Shown: one piece after another, positions 23,794 through 33,672 of the stretch
Numbering within the stretch: position 1 is the stretch's first letter
Layout: the number at the start of each line of letters is the position of its first letter
Origin: a virus
Lineage: Duplodnaviria; Caudoviricetes
Strand: one strand, 5' to 3'
IMG/VR virus record: IMGVR_UViG_3300043480_000006
Span: 1 to 38,371 of that record
DNA: 38,371 nucleotides
Notes under the pieces: model-generated
Told to the model about the DNA's origin: nothing
The model's input: the letters and a program-made list of their open reading frames with translations, nothing else
Databases searched by the model: none
Made by a program: the position numbers and the translations under genes

Positions 23794-23991
23794 ATGAGTT
23801 TGGAACGGAAGATGGCGCGTCACGGACCGATGAGTAACCGAACGCGAGCGATCAAAAAAGGCACGCCGTATCGTCGCCTGCTGGCAGCTGGCGGTAAAGC
23901 AGTTCACGCGACGAAGGGTCGAGTTCACGATGCGGCTGTGCTGCAACATCGTATGCAACTGATTCTGCAACGGGCCGGAGCGTCGCTGTGA
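23794..23991 (+). CDS. Hypothetical basic protein (HATKGR motif)
   Basis: ACTGGAGAG RBS. Confidence 0.6.
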   Translation: MSLERKMARHGPMSNRTRAIKKGTPYRRLLAAGGKAVHATKGRVHDAAVLQHRMQLILQRAGASL

Positions 23992-24176
23992 CCCCAACAT
24001 GGCGCACCCACCTCACCGATTCTGAACGAAGCGCGATGCACTTCATCGACGCTAAAATCGCCATCGCCCGTGAATCCGACCGACGATTCACGGCCATGCG
24101 CGAGAAAATCCGGCGTCGGTGTGTGGCGCGGGGGCAGAGGGTGGAATTTAAGCGGTTGAAGGAGGAGACGAAATGA
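23988..24176 (+). CDS. Hypothetical protein
   Basis: Coupled to both neighbours. Confidence 0.55.
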   Translation: MTPTWRTHLTDSERSAMHFIDAKIAIARESDRRFTAMREKIRRRCVARGQRVEFKRLKEETK

Positions 24177-24355
24177 ATAGCGAAGGTGGATGGGCGGTCT
24201 TCATGATTGCGCTGTGGTTCGCATCTGTGGCGGCTTGGCTGACACACGTCATCGTGTGTATTTCGGATGGAGCGTGGGGGTTTCTAATTGCAGGAGCCAT
24301 CCTATTCCCTGTCGCGGTCGTTCACGGCGTTGGCGTCTGGTTCGGCGCGTGGTGA
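24173..24355 (+). CDS. Small membrane protein
   Basis: AWLTHVIVC...WGFLIAGAILFPVAVVHG; AGGAGG RBS. Confidence 0.7.
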   Translation: MNSEGGWAVFMIALWFASVAAWLTHVIVCISDGAWGFLIAGAILFPVAVVHGVGVWFGAW

Positions 24356-24507
24356 CCCTAACCCCCTCCGAAATCCGCTACATCATCGTCCTCATGGGCG
24401 ACAACACACACGGGTCGCTGATCCGGCCTAGCGACTGGTTCACGGGGCAGGATGTGCTGGTGTTGCGGGAGAAGCTTAATCGGGCGTATGCTGGCGTCCA
24501 TGGATAA
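24352..24507 (+). CDS. Hypothetical protein (MTLTPSEIRY...)
   Basis: GTGA coupling. Confidence 0.5.
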   Translation: MTLTPSEIRYIIVLMGDNTHGSLIRPSDWFTGQDVLVLREKLNRAYAGVHG

Positions 24508-24622
24508 CACCGAACGAGAACGGCTGACGGCGCTGCTGCGTAAGATCGAAGGCGTCGAGGGCCAGCACGAGAGGTCCGAGGCTATCCGTGCCCTGCTTGA
24601 GGCGGACAGCGAGCCTGAGTGA
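24500..24622 (+). CDS. 40-aa hypothetical protein (not in ORF track)
   Basis: Stop overlaps the terL GTG start. Confidence 0.5.
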   Translation: MDNTERERLTALLRKIEGVEGQHERSEAIRALLEADSEPE

Positions 24623-26235
24623 CTGATCTAAGCTGGATCACACCCGAGGTAGTCATTGCGGCGCGTCGTGAGTTGGCGCGCCGCAACCTTACTGACTTCT
24701 CGTGCATGATCGACATTCCGACCGTCCCGCTCACTGAGGACGACGACGAGGATGCGTTCTCGGTGATGAAGCTCGGCAGTCTAGCCGCGCATCACAGGCT
24801 GATCCTTGAGAAACTGCAAGGGATTGAGAACGGGACCGTTCCGAACCTGATGCTGCTGCTTCCGCCAGGGTCTGCGAAGAGCACATATGCCGATGTCGTG
24901 TTCGTGCCATGGTTCATGGCCCTGAAGCCGCGCCGTAACGTGATCCTCGCCAGCTACGCCAGTGACATCGCCAAGAAGCAGGGCAGGCGCGCTCGGCAAC
25001 TGATCAAGTCCAAATCGTTTCAGAACCTGATGCAAGTGGGCCTAAAGGACGACCAGAAGGCGGCTGACGAATGGGCGCTGGAGAACGGCTCCGAGTATAT
25101 GGCGGGCGGGCTGCTGTCTGGCCTGACCGGCAACCGGGGCGCTCTTGGCGTTCTGGACGATCCGATCAAGGGACGCCAGCAGGCTGAGAGCCAGACGATC
25201 CGCGATACGACGTGGGACGCATACACCGATGACTTCTGTTCGCGCCTTATTCCTGGCTCGCCCCAAGTTATGATCTTGACAAGATGGCACGCAGATGATC
25301 CAGCCGGGCGAATCTTGCCTGAGGACTGGGCTGGCGAGTCTGGGCTGTTCAGCGGGCGAGATGGCCGCATGTGGGACGTGATCTGTCTTCCCGCGATTGC
25401 CGACCGCGCCGATGATCCGCTAGGACGGTCGATGGGCGAAACGCTGTGGCCTGAGTGGTTCAGCCTCGATCACTGGAAACCGTTCCAGAGAAACATCCGG
25501 ACGTGGACCAGCCTGTATCAGCAGAAGCCGACCGCAGCAGAGGGCACGTTCTTCAAGCGCGAGTGGTTCAAGCGCTACACGATGTCGGAGCGGCCGAAGA
25601 ACCTGCGTTACTACATGACCAGCGACCACGCGCCCGGTGATGGAGAGGCGTCTGACTGGAACGTATTCCGTGTGTGGGGGATAGACGAGCATCAGCGCAT
25701 ATGGGAGGTTGACGGACACCGCGACCACGGCAGGCTAGACAGCGCCGTGGGTATCGCTATTGACGAGGTGACGGGCGAACAGACTGTGGCGGACGTTGGG
25801 GCGCTGGCCCTTATCCGTAAGTGGAAGCCGTTGTGCTGGTTCCCTGAGAACGACAACAACTGGAAGTCGGCTAAACCGTTTGTCGTGGCTGCGATGCGTA
25901 AACACAAGATCAGGTGTAGGATCGAAGAGATTAGCACGCAGGGCGGTGACAAGGCGACCAAGGCTCAGCCGTTCCAAGCCAAGGCCAGCATGGGCGAGGT
26001 CTACATTAGGTCTGGGCCGCTCGGAGACGCGATCATTGAGGAATACGTTGCGTTCCCCGGCGGTAAGCATGACGATGAAGTAGACGCAGGCGCAAATATG
26101 GGCCGCGCTCTAGACATGGCGCACCCCGCGATTGTAGAAGCGGAGAAAATGCGCGATACTAAGCGACCGCGTGACATCTACACGCGCGCCAGGGATGCAG
26201 ATAGCGATGACTACGGCGGCGGGATGTATGGCTGA
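24619..26235 (+). CDS. terL: Terminase large subunit
   Basis: LPPGSAKST, LTGNRG..GVLDDPIKGR, TRWH.DD, LYQQKP, FPGGKHDDEVDA. Confidence 0.95.
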   Translation: MTDLSWITPEVVIAARRELARRNLTDFSCMIDIPTVPLTEDDDEDAFSVMKLGSLAAHHRLILEKLQGIENGTVPNLMLLLPPGSAKSTYADVVFVPWFMALKPRRNVILASYASDIAKKQGRRARQLIKSKSFQNLMQVGLKDDQKAADEWALENGSEYMAGGLLSGLTGNRGALGVLDDPIKGRQQAESQTIRDTTWDAYTDDFCSRLIPGSPQVMILTRWHADDPAGRILPEDWAGESGLFSGRDGRMWDVICLPAIADRADDPLGRSMGETLWPEWFSLDHWKPFQRNIRTWTSLYQQKPTAAEGTFFKREWFKRYTMSERPKNLRYYMTSDHAPGDGEASDWNVFRVWGIDEHQRIWEVDGHRDHGRLDSAVGIAIDEVTGEQTVADVGALALIRKWKPLCWFPENDNNWKSAKPFVVAAMRKHKIRCRIEEISTQGGDKATKAQPFQAKASMGEVYIRSGPLGDAIIEEYVAFPGGKHDDEVDAGANMGRALDMAHPAIVEAEKMRDTKRPRDIYTRARDADSDDYGGGMYG

Positions 26236-28130
26236 TGACTGACGTAATGATCGCCGCCGACATGTCGGACGCTGAGCTTGAAGCCGCGCTTCGTCAGGAG
26301 GCTGAACAGGAAGAGCGCGCCAGACTCGCCGCCATCGACGTGTCGCGCCTGCGTCGGATGATTGACGATTTCCGCGACGGAACGAATGTGTCGCGTCAGC
26401 AAGCCGAGGTCTGCCGCGACTACTTCGACGGCAAGCAGCTTGACGGGCCAAAGAAGACGGCCCTACGTCGCGCCCGCCAGCCGCAGGTGATCCGCAATGA
26501 GATCAAGCCTGCGATCAACGGGGTGCTGGGCATCCTGACGCAGGCCAAGGTTGATCCGCGCGCCTATCCTCGGAACCCGACGAACGAGGACGCTGCTGAC
26601 GTGGCGTCGAAAACCCTGCGCTACATTGGCGACCAGAACCGGCTGCACAAGAAGAAGATCGACTGTGCTGAGAACTATCTCATTGAGGGCGCGACCGGCG
26701 CTATTGTCGAGAGCGATGGCGAGAACATCCTGATCAACCGGATCAGGTTTGAAGAACTGATCTACGACCCGCGCGCCAGAGAGGCTGACTTCTCAGACGC
26801 CAGCTATATGGGAATCGGCAAGTGGATGGCAGAGGGCGACATCATCAAGATGTTCCCGATGTTCAGTGAGGATATCCCGCTGGTCTATGCTTCTAATTGG
26901 GGCGACATGGGCCTGACGACTATGCAGGACCGTCCCGACAACCTGTCTGAGTGCTGGATAGACAAGAAGAAGCGTCGTATCTTTGTGGTGGAGCTTTACC
27001 ACCGTGAGGAAGACGGATGGATGCGGTCGGTGTTCTATGCGGGCGGCGTTCTGGATCAGACGCCGTCGCCGTATCTGGATGACTACGGGCAGCCGTGCAA
27101 TCCCATCGTGGCGTCGTCCTGCAACGTGACGCGCGAGAACGACCGTTACGGCTTGGTGGCGTCGATGCTTAGCCAGCAGGACGAACTGAACGCCTATGCG
27201 TCGCGTCTGCTGCACCTGACGAATAGCCGTCAGCTTCAGGTGACCGACCCGAGTTATCCGCCTGACGTGGATGCTGACGTTGCCCGTAAGGAGGCTGCAC
27301 GGGCCGATGGTCTGCTGCCGGTCGGTTACAGCATCGTTCCCACCACGGATATGACCAGCGGGGCCGCTGCGATGATGGCCGATGCACGACAGGCGCTGGT
27401 CAGACAGGCCCCGACGCCCGCCGTCCTTGCTGACGCCTCTGCGTCGTCTCAGTCGGGCCGCTCGCGCCTAGTGTTGCAGCAGGCGGGCATGACGGAGATC
27501 GCGCGCTATCTCGGAAGGCTAGAGGACTTTGAGACCGCGATCTATCACCAGTGCTGGATGCGGGCGCGTCAGTTCTGGAACGAGCCGAAGTTCATCCGCA
27601 TCACGGGCGCAGAGGGCAAGCCTGATTTCGTTCAGCTTAATCAGCCCGCTGTTGATCCTGAGACTGGAGCGCCGGTGGTCGATCCGTCGTCCGGTCAGCA
27701 GCAGATCACGAACAAGCTTGCCGATTGGGATATTGATATCGAGGTCCAGACCGTGCCCGACACGGCGAACCTGCAAGCCGAACAGTTCGAGGCTATGGCT
27801 CCGATGTTCCCCGGCCTGCAACAAGCGTTCGGCCCCGAGGTCGCGTTTAACGTGGCGCTAGCCCTGTCGAGTATGCCTGACAAGCAAGAGGTCAAGGATA
27901 TCATCAAGGAGTCGCAGGGCGGCGATGATCCGCAGGCGCAACAGATGGCTCAGATGCAGCAGCAGATTCAGCAGATGCAGGTTGAGATGGGAATGCGTAA
28001 GGCTCAGGCCGACATCGCCAAGACGGAGAGCGAGACCGCATTGAATGCCGCAAAGATTGGCGACCTTGAGTCCGACGTGGTTGTTAAGGCGGCTGACATG
28101 CAGGCCCGCGCTATGGGGTTGTCTTCGTAG
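26235..28130 (+). CDS. Portal protein (P22-like)
   Basis: Follows terL; DYFDGKQ, NEIKPAINGVLG, DPRAREADFSDA, Gln-rich C-terminal barrel. Confidence 0.9.
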   Translation: MTDVMIAADMSDAELEAALRQEAEQEERARLAAIDVSRLRRMIDDFRDGTNVSRQQAEVCRDYFDGKQLDGPKKTALRRARQPQVIRNEIKPAINGVLGILTQAKVDPRAYPRNPTNEDAADVASKTLRYIGDQNRLHKKKIDCAENYLIEGATGAIVESDGENILINRIRFEELIYDPRAREADFSDASYMGIGKWMAEGDIIKMFPMFSEDIPLVYASNWGDMGLTTMQDRPDNLSECWIDKKKRRIFVVELYHREEDGWMRSVFYAGGVLDQTPSPYLDDYGQPCNPIVASSCNVTRENDRYGLVASMLSQQDELNAYASRLLHLTNSRQLQVTDPSYPPDVDADVARKEAARADGLLPVGYSIVPTTDMTSGAAAMMADARQALVRQAPTPAVLADASASSQSGRSRLVLQQAGMTEIARYLGRLEDFETAIYHQCWMRARQFWNEPKFIRITGAEGKPDFVQLNQPAVDPETGAPVVDPSSGQQQITNKLADWDIDIEVQTVPDTANLQAEQFEAMAPMFPGLQQAFGPEVAFNVALALSSMPDKQEVKDIIKESQGGDDPQAQQMAQMQQQIQQMQVEMGMRKAQADIAKTESETALNAAKIGDLESDVVVKAADMQARAMGLSS

Positions 28131-28160
28131 TAAACCAAGACTACAATACTGCCTGAGGAT

Positions 28161-28213
28161 GTTCCGCCGTTGATCAGGAACGAACAGGGGTGCCGCCGAT
28201 GATCGGGCAGGAG
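28161..28213 (+). promoter_or_regulatory. Tandem hairpins in the scaffold leader
   Basis: GTTCC-gccgttgatca-GGAAC and TGCC-gccgatgatcg-GGCA; the second abuts the AGGAG RBS. Confidence 0.55.
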
Positions 28214-28219
28214 TGACGA

Positions 28220-28999
28220 ATGGTTGATTTTGCCGATACTATGGGCGACGCATGGCTGGAGGACGAAGGTGTCCAGACAGATGAAGTAGCCCAGACCGAA
28301 ACTGCTGACGTTGCAGCGACTGAGACCGTAGAGCCTGAAAAGGTTGTCGAGGAAGCAGCAGCCGAGGAACCGGTTGAAACGGCGGAAGAGCAAGCGGAGA
28401 AGTTCAGCCCGACTCTCTATCGTGAGATGAAGGAAGAGCGCCGCAAGCGCCAGGAGTTGGAGCGACAGCTTCAGGACCGTGATCGACAGGCCCCTAAGCC
28501 TGAAGTTGCACGACCTGATGCTTATTACGATCCGGACGGGTTTAACAACCACTTTGAGTCCGCGCTTGAACGTCAGGCGTGGCAGATCAGAGCGGACCTG
28601 TCTAAGGAACGTGCTACCGAGAAGCACGGGGACGAAACTGTCACTGCCGCCGTCCAATGGGCGCAGCAGCGAGCCGGTGTCGATCCTGTGTTCGATGGCG
28701 AAATCGGGCGGGCGAAGTGGCCTGTTGAATTCGTCGTCGGAGAATACAAGCGGTCACAGACCCTTGAGGCGCTAGGAGGCCAAGACCTTGACGAATATGT
28801 CAGGTCGAAAGCCGAGGAATACGCCAAGAGCCAGGGCTGGATTGTTTCACCCGAGGGGAAGACCCCCTCTTCTTTGAAACCGTCTCAGCCCACCCCGCCG
28901 AAGAGTCTAGCCACCGCGCCCGCTACGGGCCTCAAGGCTTCTCCAGATGCAGGATGGGATGATGTCTCATTTGCATTGGATAGAAAGTGGCAGAAGTAG
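28220..28999 (+). CDS. Scaffolding protein
   Basis: Acidic N-terminus, coiled coil (EERRKRQELE), PPKSLA; located between portal and capsid. Confidence 0.8.
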   Translation: MVDFADTMGDAWLEDEGVQTDEVAQTETADVAATETVEPEKVVEEAAAEEPVETAEEQAEKFSPTLYREMKEERRKRQELERQLQDRDRQAPKPEVARPDAYYDPDGFNNHFESALERQAWQIRADLSKERATEKHGDETVTAAVQWAQQRAGVDPVFDGEIGRAKWPVEFVVGEYKRSQTLEALGGQDLDEYVRSKAEEYAKSQGWIVSPEGKTPSSLKPSQPTPPKSLATAPATGLKASPDAGWDDVSFALDRKWQK

Positions 29000-30117
29000 T
29001 CATTAACTCAGGTCTCAACGAGACCAAGTGGCTCATTAACGATTATTACAAGCCCTACATTCGGGCCTCTGGTTTTGACCGTTACATGGGTGAAGGTTCG
29101 GACGCGGTGTTCCGTGTCTTTAACGAATCGAAAACTGATGGCGGCAAGGACATCATTGTCCCGCTGCTGGGCACTATCAAGAACGGCGGCGTTTCCGGCT
29201 CGCAAGTGCTGGAAGGTAACGAAGTCGATCTTGAGCAATACGTTGACAAAGTTACGACCAACTACCGCCGTAACGCGGTCAAGGTGCCTAAGTCGGCCAG
29301 CTACAAGTCGAACATGGACATCCTGCGCGTTGCAGGCCCGTCCTTGCGCGATTGGGCTGCACGCATCGTCCTGAAACAGGGCATCATCAACAACCTGAAC
29401 GGCATTGTCGTTCCGGGCGGTCTGAACGCGGAAGGGTTTGCGAACCCAGATACGGTGCTGACCTACACCCAAGCGTCCGCTGCACAGCGTAACGCCTTCC
29501 TCGTCAACAACGCAGATCGCGTTCAGTTCGGCGCGCTTATCTCCAACGGTTCGTCCAACGTCATGGCCACGGCTCTGGCGACTCTGGACAACACCGACGA
29601 CAAGATGTCCACGGCCATCCTTGATACGGCCCGTGCTCGCGCTGCTGAGACTGCCGACATCGCCGCCACCGGTCCCGCCATCAACCCGTACATGACGGAA
29701 GACGGCGAAGAGTGGTATGTGGTATTCGTCAACCGTCGTCAGATGCGTGACCTGCGCCGTGACCCGACCATGTTCCAGGCTAACCGCGACGCCATGGAGC
29801 GGGGCAAGTCCAACCCCCTGTTCCGTAACGGCGACCTGCTGTGGAACGGCATGATCATCAAGGAGGTCGCTGACCTTCCGATCATCGCCGGTGCGGGCGC
29901 TGGCGGCATCGACGTGGCGCAAGCAACGCTGGTGGGTCAGTCGGCCATCGCTATCGCCTGGGGTCAGCGTCCGCGCCTGATCACCGACAACACGCAGGAC
30001 TATGAGTTCCGTCCCGCGAAGGCGATTGAAGAGCTGATCGGCATTAAGAAGACCTCGTTCCAAGGCGTCCAATACGGTGCATACTCGATCTTCACCGCTG
30101 CGGTCGCCAACGCTTAA
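28987..30117 (+). CDS. Major capsid protein (N4 gp56/DUF4043-like)
   Basis: GVSGSQVLEGNE, Q.RDLRRDP, RGKSNPLF..G.LLWNG.II; strong codon bias. Confidence 0.9.
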   Translation: MAEVVINSGLNETKWLINDYYKPYIRASGFDRYMGEGSDAVFRVFNESKTDGGKDIIVPLLGTIKNGGVSGSQVLEGNEVDLEQYVDKVTTNYRRNAVKVPKSASYKSNMDILRVAGPSLRDWAARIVLKQGIINNLNGIVVPGGLNAEGFANPDTVLTYTQASAAQRNAFLVNNADRVQFGALISNGSSNVMATALATLDNTDDKMSTAILDTARARAAETADIAATGPAINPYMTEDGEEWYVVFVNRRQMRDLRRDPTMFQANRDAMERGKSNPLFRNGDLLWNGMIIKEVADLPIIAGAGAGGIDVAQATLVGQSAIAIAWGQRPRLITDNTQDYEFRPAKAIEELIGIKKTSFQGVQYGAYSIFTAAVANA

Positions 30118-30131
30118 CCAATAGGCATTCC

Positions 30132-30181
30132 CCCCGGCAGGCAATCCCGTCTGCCGGGGAAACGCTTAGGAGACTAAACCA
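30132..30181 (+). promoter_or_regulatory. Post-capsid hairpin plus RBS
   Basis: CCCCGGCAGGC-aatccc-GTCTGCCGGGG with no U-tract, then TAGGAGACTAAAC. Confidence 0.5.
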
Positions 30182-30637
30182 ATGGCTGTTTTCAACAGTA
30201 ACGCTATCTCGACCGGCGCACCGGTTCCCGGCTTCGGCGCTGGTGGCGGTCAGGTCCGCACTCAATACACCACCGTCGCTCTGCCTGTCGGCGCAACCAC
30301 GACCGACACCATCAACTTCTTCCGTCTGCCTCAGAACGTCCGCGTTCTGCGTCTGATCCTGAAGCATGACGCTCTGGGTGCGGGAACTCTGAACGTGGGT
30401 GACGGCGGGTTTACGGACTCGACCGGGACCGCTGTTGTGGCTGATCCTGACCGCTATCTTGCGGCTCAAGCCGTCACGGCAGCGGGTGTTGTCACCGTCA
30501 TGGCGACGACTGGCGTATTCGTGAAGACCGGCAACGCTCCGGTCATGATCACCGGCGCTCTCGCTGCCGGAACCACCACCACGGCTGGCAACGTGCAACT
30601 GGCCATCGAATACACCGTTGAAGAACCCCAAGCCTAA
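30182..30637 (+). CDS. Putative capsid decoration protein
   Basis: Beta-rich, A/G/T-rich, directly after the capsid gene. Confidence 0.6.
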   Translation: MAVFNSNAISTGAPVPGFGAGGGQVRTQYTTVALPVGATTTDTINFFRLPQNVRVLRLILKHDALGAGTLNVGDGGFTDSTGTAVVADPDRYLAAQAVTAAGVVTVMATTGVFVKTGNAPVMITGALAAGTTTTAGNVQLAIEYTVEEPQA

Positions 30638-30654
30638 CAAGGGAGACTATCAAC

Positions 30655-31005
30655 ATGGCTAGCGTAACTTATCACGGCGAGTTTCCAGAAGGTCAGGTGG
30701 ACGAGGACGGTAATGCGTTCATTGTTCACCTGGGCCAGACGTTTACGCGCGGTGGGAAAGCCGTTTCTGTGTCGGACAAGGAGACTATCGCCAAGTTCGC
30801 CGCAAATCGGTTTTTCAAGACTGAAGGCTCTGACGCAGAAGACGTGAAGGACGCCAAGGCCGAGGCTGAACAGGCCGAGGTTCAGGCGCTCCGGGATTGG
30901 CTCGGTGACAACCGGGTTCCGTTCCATCACCGAGAGGGTCTCGCCAGCCTGCGCGCCAAACGTGCGGACTATGAGGCCAGCGTTAAAAGCGCCGGAGAAG
31001 AGTAA
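30655..31005 (+). CDS. Hypothetical structural-region protein
   Basis: GGGAG RBS. Confidence 0.65.
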   Translation: MASVTYHGEFPEGQVDEDGNAFIVHLGQTFTRGGKAVSVSDKETIAKFAANRFFKTEGSDAEDVKDAKAEAEQAEVQALRDWLGDNRVPFHHREGLASLRAKRADYEASVKSAGEE

Positions 31006-31646
31006 TGGTTGAGACGTGTGGGAACATCGGGACGAAGGCGCTTAAGAAACTTGGTGTTCTTCGTGCCGGTGGCGAGATGAATGCGGCTGATGCTGCTGAC
31101 GCTCTCGCGTCCCTCACGTCTCAATACATGGAGTGGATTACCGGCGGGGCTTTCGGACGCGTGTATAATACGCCCGTCAGTTCCGTCGCCACTGTCACCG
31201 CCACGCCGAACCAGCATATCAACATTCTGACTGTTGACGCGGTGACGGTTGACCTGCCGATGACTGTCGATGCGTGTTACTGGCAGAACTGGCGTCCGTG
31301 CCGTGATTACGGATGGGGCCTGTCGGTCCCGTTCGGCGGTGACGACGGCAGAAACGTCCCGCGCGACAAGGCGGTGGTGATGGTCACGGATCAATATAAG
31401 ACCACCCGCGCGACCTACGTTTACGACGGAACGATTCAGCGCTGGATGCGAGTTGACAGTCTGTCACTGACGGATGAAGCCCCGTTGTCTGCGCGTGGAC
31501 CTGACGGCCTAGCGGCTCTGATCGCCATGAGGATGGCTGACGAGTATGGCGTCCAGCCTGGCCCTGCGATCATCACAGCGGCGAACAGATACAAGCTGGC
31601 TCTGGTCAGCAATCACGGAAACGCCGATGACGGCGGGTGCTGCTAA
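31005..31646 (+). CDS. Head-tail adaptor (P22 gp4-like)
   Basis: ALKKLGVL..G....ADAADALASL...W and LAALIAMRMADEYG. Confidence 0.7.
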   Translation: MVETCGNIGTKALKKLGVLRAGGEMNAADAADALASLTSQYMEWITGGAFGRVYNTPVSSVATVTATPNQHINILTVDAVTVDLPMTVDACYWQNWRPCRDYGWGLSVPFGGDDGRNVPRDKAVVMVTDQYKTTRATYVYDGTIQRWMRVDSLSLTDEAPLSARGPDGLAALIAMRMADEYGVQPGPAIITAANRYKLALVSNHGNADDGGCC

Positions 31647-33013
31647 TGCCTGAAATCCCGCTCGGCACATCGTCTCACAAAAGGCGCACGACATGGAACC
31701 CCGAGGTTCGTGTCGTGAACATGCTTGTCGAGCAAACGACCACGAACCAATACGACGGCGTGGATCATATCCAGCGCCCCGGCATGGAACGGTTCATAGA
31801 ACTAGGCCCGTTCCCCGTGCAAGGCGTCTTCCGGCAGGCGGGGACCATTAACGGCGACTTCCTGATGGCGCAGGGGGCGGAACTATACCGGGTGGACGAG
31901 GCGTCGGCGTCGTCAACCTACATCGGGAACTTCGCGGGTTCAGGCCGGTTCACCGCCGCTGCTACGGCGTCGCGTGTCGTGATGGTGACGGACGGGGATG
32001 CTTACCGGACGGATGGGACTACAATGGTCGGCATCACCATGCCTGACGGTCGGTCCGCTGGTTCGGTTGCACAGCTAAACGGATATTTCGTCATCCCCGA
32101 GGAGGGGTCGGCGCGGTTCTACTGGATCGAACCCGGGCAGGATAACCCTGACGGCCTGTCGTTCGCCACGACCGAATCCAGTCCGGGAAACATCCTCAAA
32201 GTCGAGCGTGTTGGTGACGAGCTGTGGTTCTTCAAGGAGGAAGGGTTGGAGGTCTGGACGCCAACAGGCGACGCTGACCTTCCGTTCCAACGCACACCGG
32301 GCCGGAACTACGACAAGGGCGCGCGGTCAAAAGATTCGATCTGTCGGTTTGACAACAGCGTGGCGTGGGTCGGAAACGACGACATTGTGTATCGAGGCGA
32401 CAACACGCCCGTCCGCATCTCTACGAACTCGGTCGAGGAACAGATTCGCAAGTCGTCTGACTATCGAGCGTGGTCCTACGCCATGGACGGCCACACGGTT
32501 TATTGCTTGACCCTGACGGACGGGACGTGGGTTTACGACGTGTCGTCGCAACAGTGGTCGCAATACAAGTCCTATGGCCTGCCGTTCTGGCGCGCTCACG
32601 TCGGTGACGCGGGCGAGCGGTTTGTTCTGTGCGGGGATAGTCAAGAGGGCATCGTTTACCTTCTCAATCCCGAACTGAACACCGACGACGGCGAGCCTAT
32701 GGAACGCATCGTCATGGGCGGACTGCCCGTGCCAAAGGGAACGGTCCCCTGCACGTCTCTGTGCCTTTACGCCACGGCTGGCACGGCTCCTGACCCCGAG
32801 GAATACCCAACCGTCCGCATTAGCTGGTCTGATGACCTGGAGACGTTCGGGGATTGGGAGGACGTGTCTATGGGGAGACAGGGTCAATACGGGAAGGCGA
32901 TCCGCCTGAACCGCCTTGGCGCAATGAACTACCCCGGCAGGCTGTGGAAGTTTGAGGCGACAGGAGATTTCTCGTTCACCGTCCACGCCGCCACCTATAA
33001 CGAGCCTATGTGA
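31646..33013 (+). CDS. Tail hub/nozzle, DNA stabilisation protein (P22 gp10-like)
   Basis: Beta-propeller-like; LSFATTESSP, TWVYDVSSQQW, ISWSDD, GRQGQY, RLG. Confidence 0.8.
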   Translation: MPEIPLGTSSHKRRTTWNPEVRVVNMLVEQTTTNQYDGVDHIQRPGMERFIELGPFPVQGVFRQAGTINGDFLMAQGAELYRVDEASASSTYIGNFAGSGRFTAAATASRVVMVTDGDAYRTDGTTMVGITMPDGRSAGSVAQLNGYFVIPEEGSARFYWIEPGQDNPDGLSFATTESSPGNILKVERVGDELWFFKEEGLEVWTPTGDADLPFQRTPGRNYDKGARSKDSICRFDNSVAWVGNDDIVYRGDNTPVRISTNSVEEQIRKSSDYRAWSYAMDGHTVYCLTLTDGTWVYDVSSQQWSQYKSYGLPFWRAHVGDAGERFVLCGDSQEGIVYLLNPELNTDDGEPMERIVMGGLPVPKGTVPCTSLCLYATAGTAPDPEEYPTVRISWSDDLETFGDWEDVSMGRQGQYGKAIRLNRLGAMNYPGRLWKFEATGDFSFTVHAATYNEPM

Positions 33014-33672
33014 TGGCTACGTTCAAACTTCCTCGGCTTCAATGGCGGATGGCGATTGTGGATTCGCAGGGCAGGCCGACCAGCACCTTTACCGACTTCT
33101 TCAACGTGCAGTTTGCGGAGAAGATCGAGAAGCAGGAGAACGCGCAGGGAGAGGTAATCTCTGACATACAGGAACTCGTTTCCGCCCTTCAAGCCGCCGT
33201 TCAGGCCACGCAGGTAGCGCAGGAGACGGCGAATAATGCGTCGAGTGGAGGGGGCGCTTCAGGCTCAGCCACCAATCCGGCTGTAGACTTGCTGGTTGGC
33301 GCAGGATGGGTGGCAGGCCCACAGGTTGACTTGACCGGCGTTGTCGCTGGAAACCTTAGCATCGTCGGAAGCGGACCCATCCAGGATGAAGACGTAATGA
33401 TGGTCGCGGTTGGAAAGGCGACCGGAAATTACAACTGGAGAGTGGTGGAAATAGAGGGTGCGTCCGAAACAGTAGTGTTTTCTGGAACTTTTCTTGCCAG
33501 TCAGTTTTCGACCGGCAGTGTCGCATCTATAACTAATCAATCCACGGTGGACGCCGCTAACGCATCTATTCCAAGAACAAGTGTGGGTGACATTTCCTAT
33601 AGAATAGACGCGGAAGCAAGCACGATTGATCTAAGCGACCTTAGCCTATACCTCTTTGTAAGGCGCTCATGA
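33013..33672 (+). CDS. Tail needle-like protein (gp26 position)
   Basis: IVDSQGRPT..F start, coiled coil, beta-rich C-terminal knob. Confidence 0.55.
   Translation: MATFKLPRLQWRMAIVDSQGRPTSTFTDFFNVQFAEKIEKQENAQGEVISDIQELVSALQAAVQATQVAQETANNASSGGGASGSATNPAVDLLVGAGWVAGPQVDLTGVVAGNLSIVGSGPIQDEDVMMVAVGKATGNYNWRVVEIEGASETVVFSGTFLASQFSTGSVASITNQSTVDAANASIPRTSVGDISYRIDAEASTIDLSDLSLYLFVRRS

Noticed and set aside
29008-30144. 378-aa antisense ORF over the capsid gene
   Set aside because: Shadow ORF caused by strong codon bias in a GC-rich gene; the same applies to most other antisense ORFs in the track.
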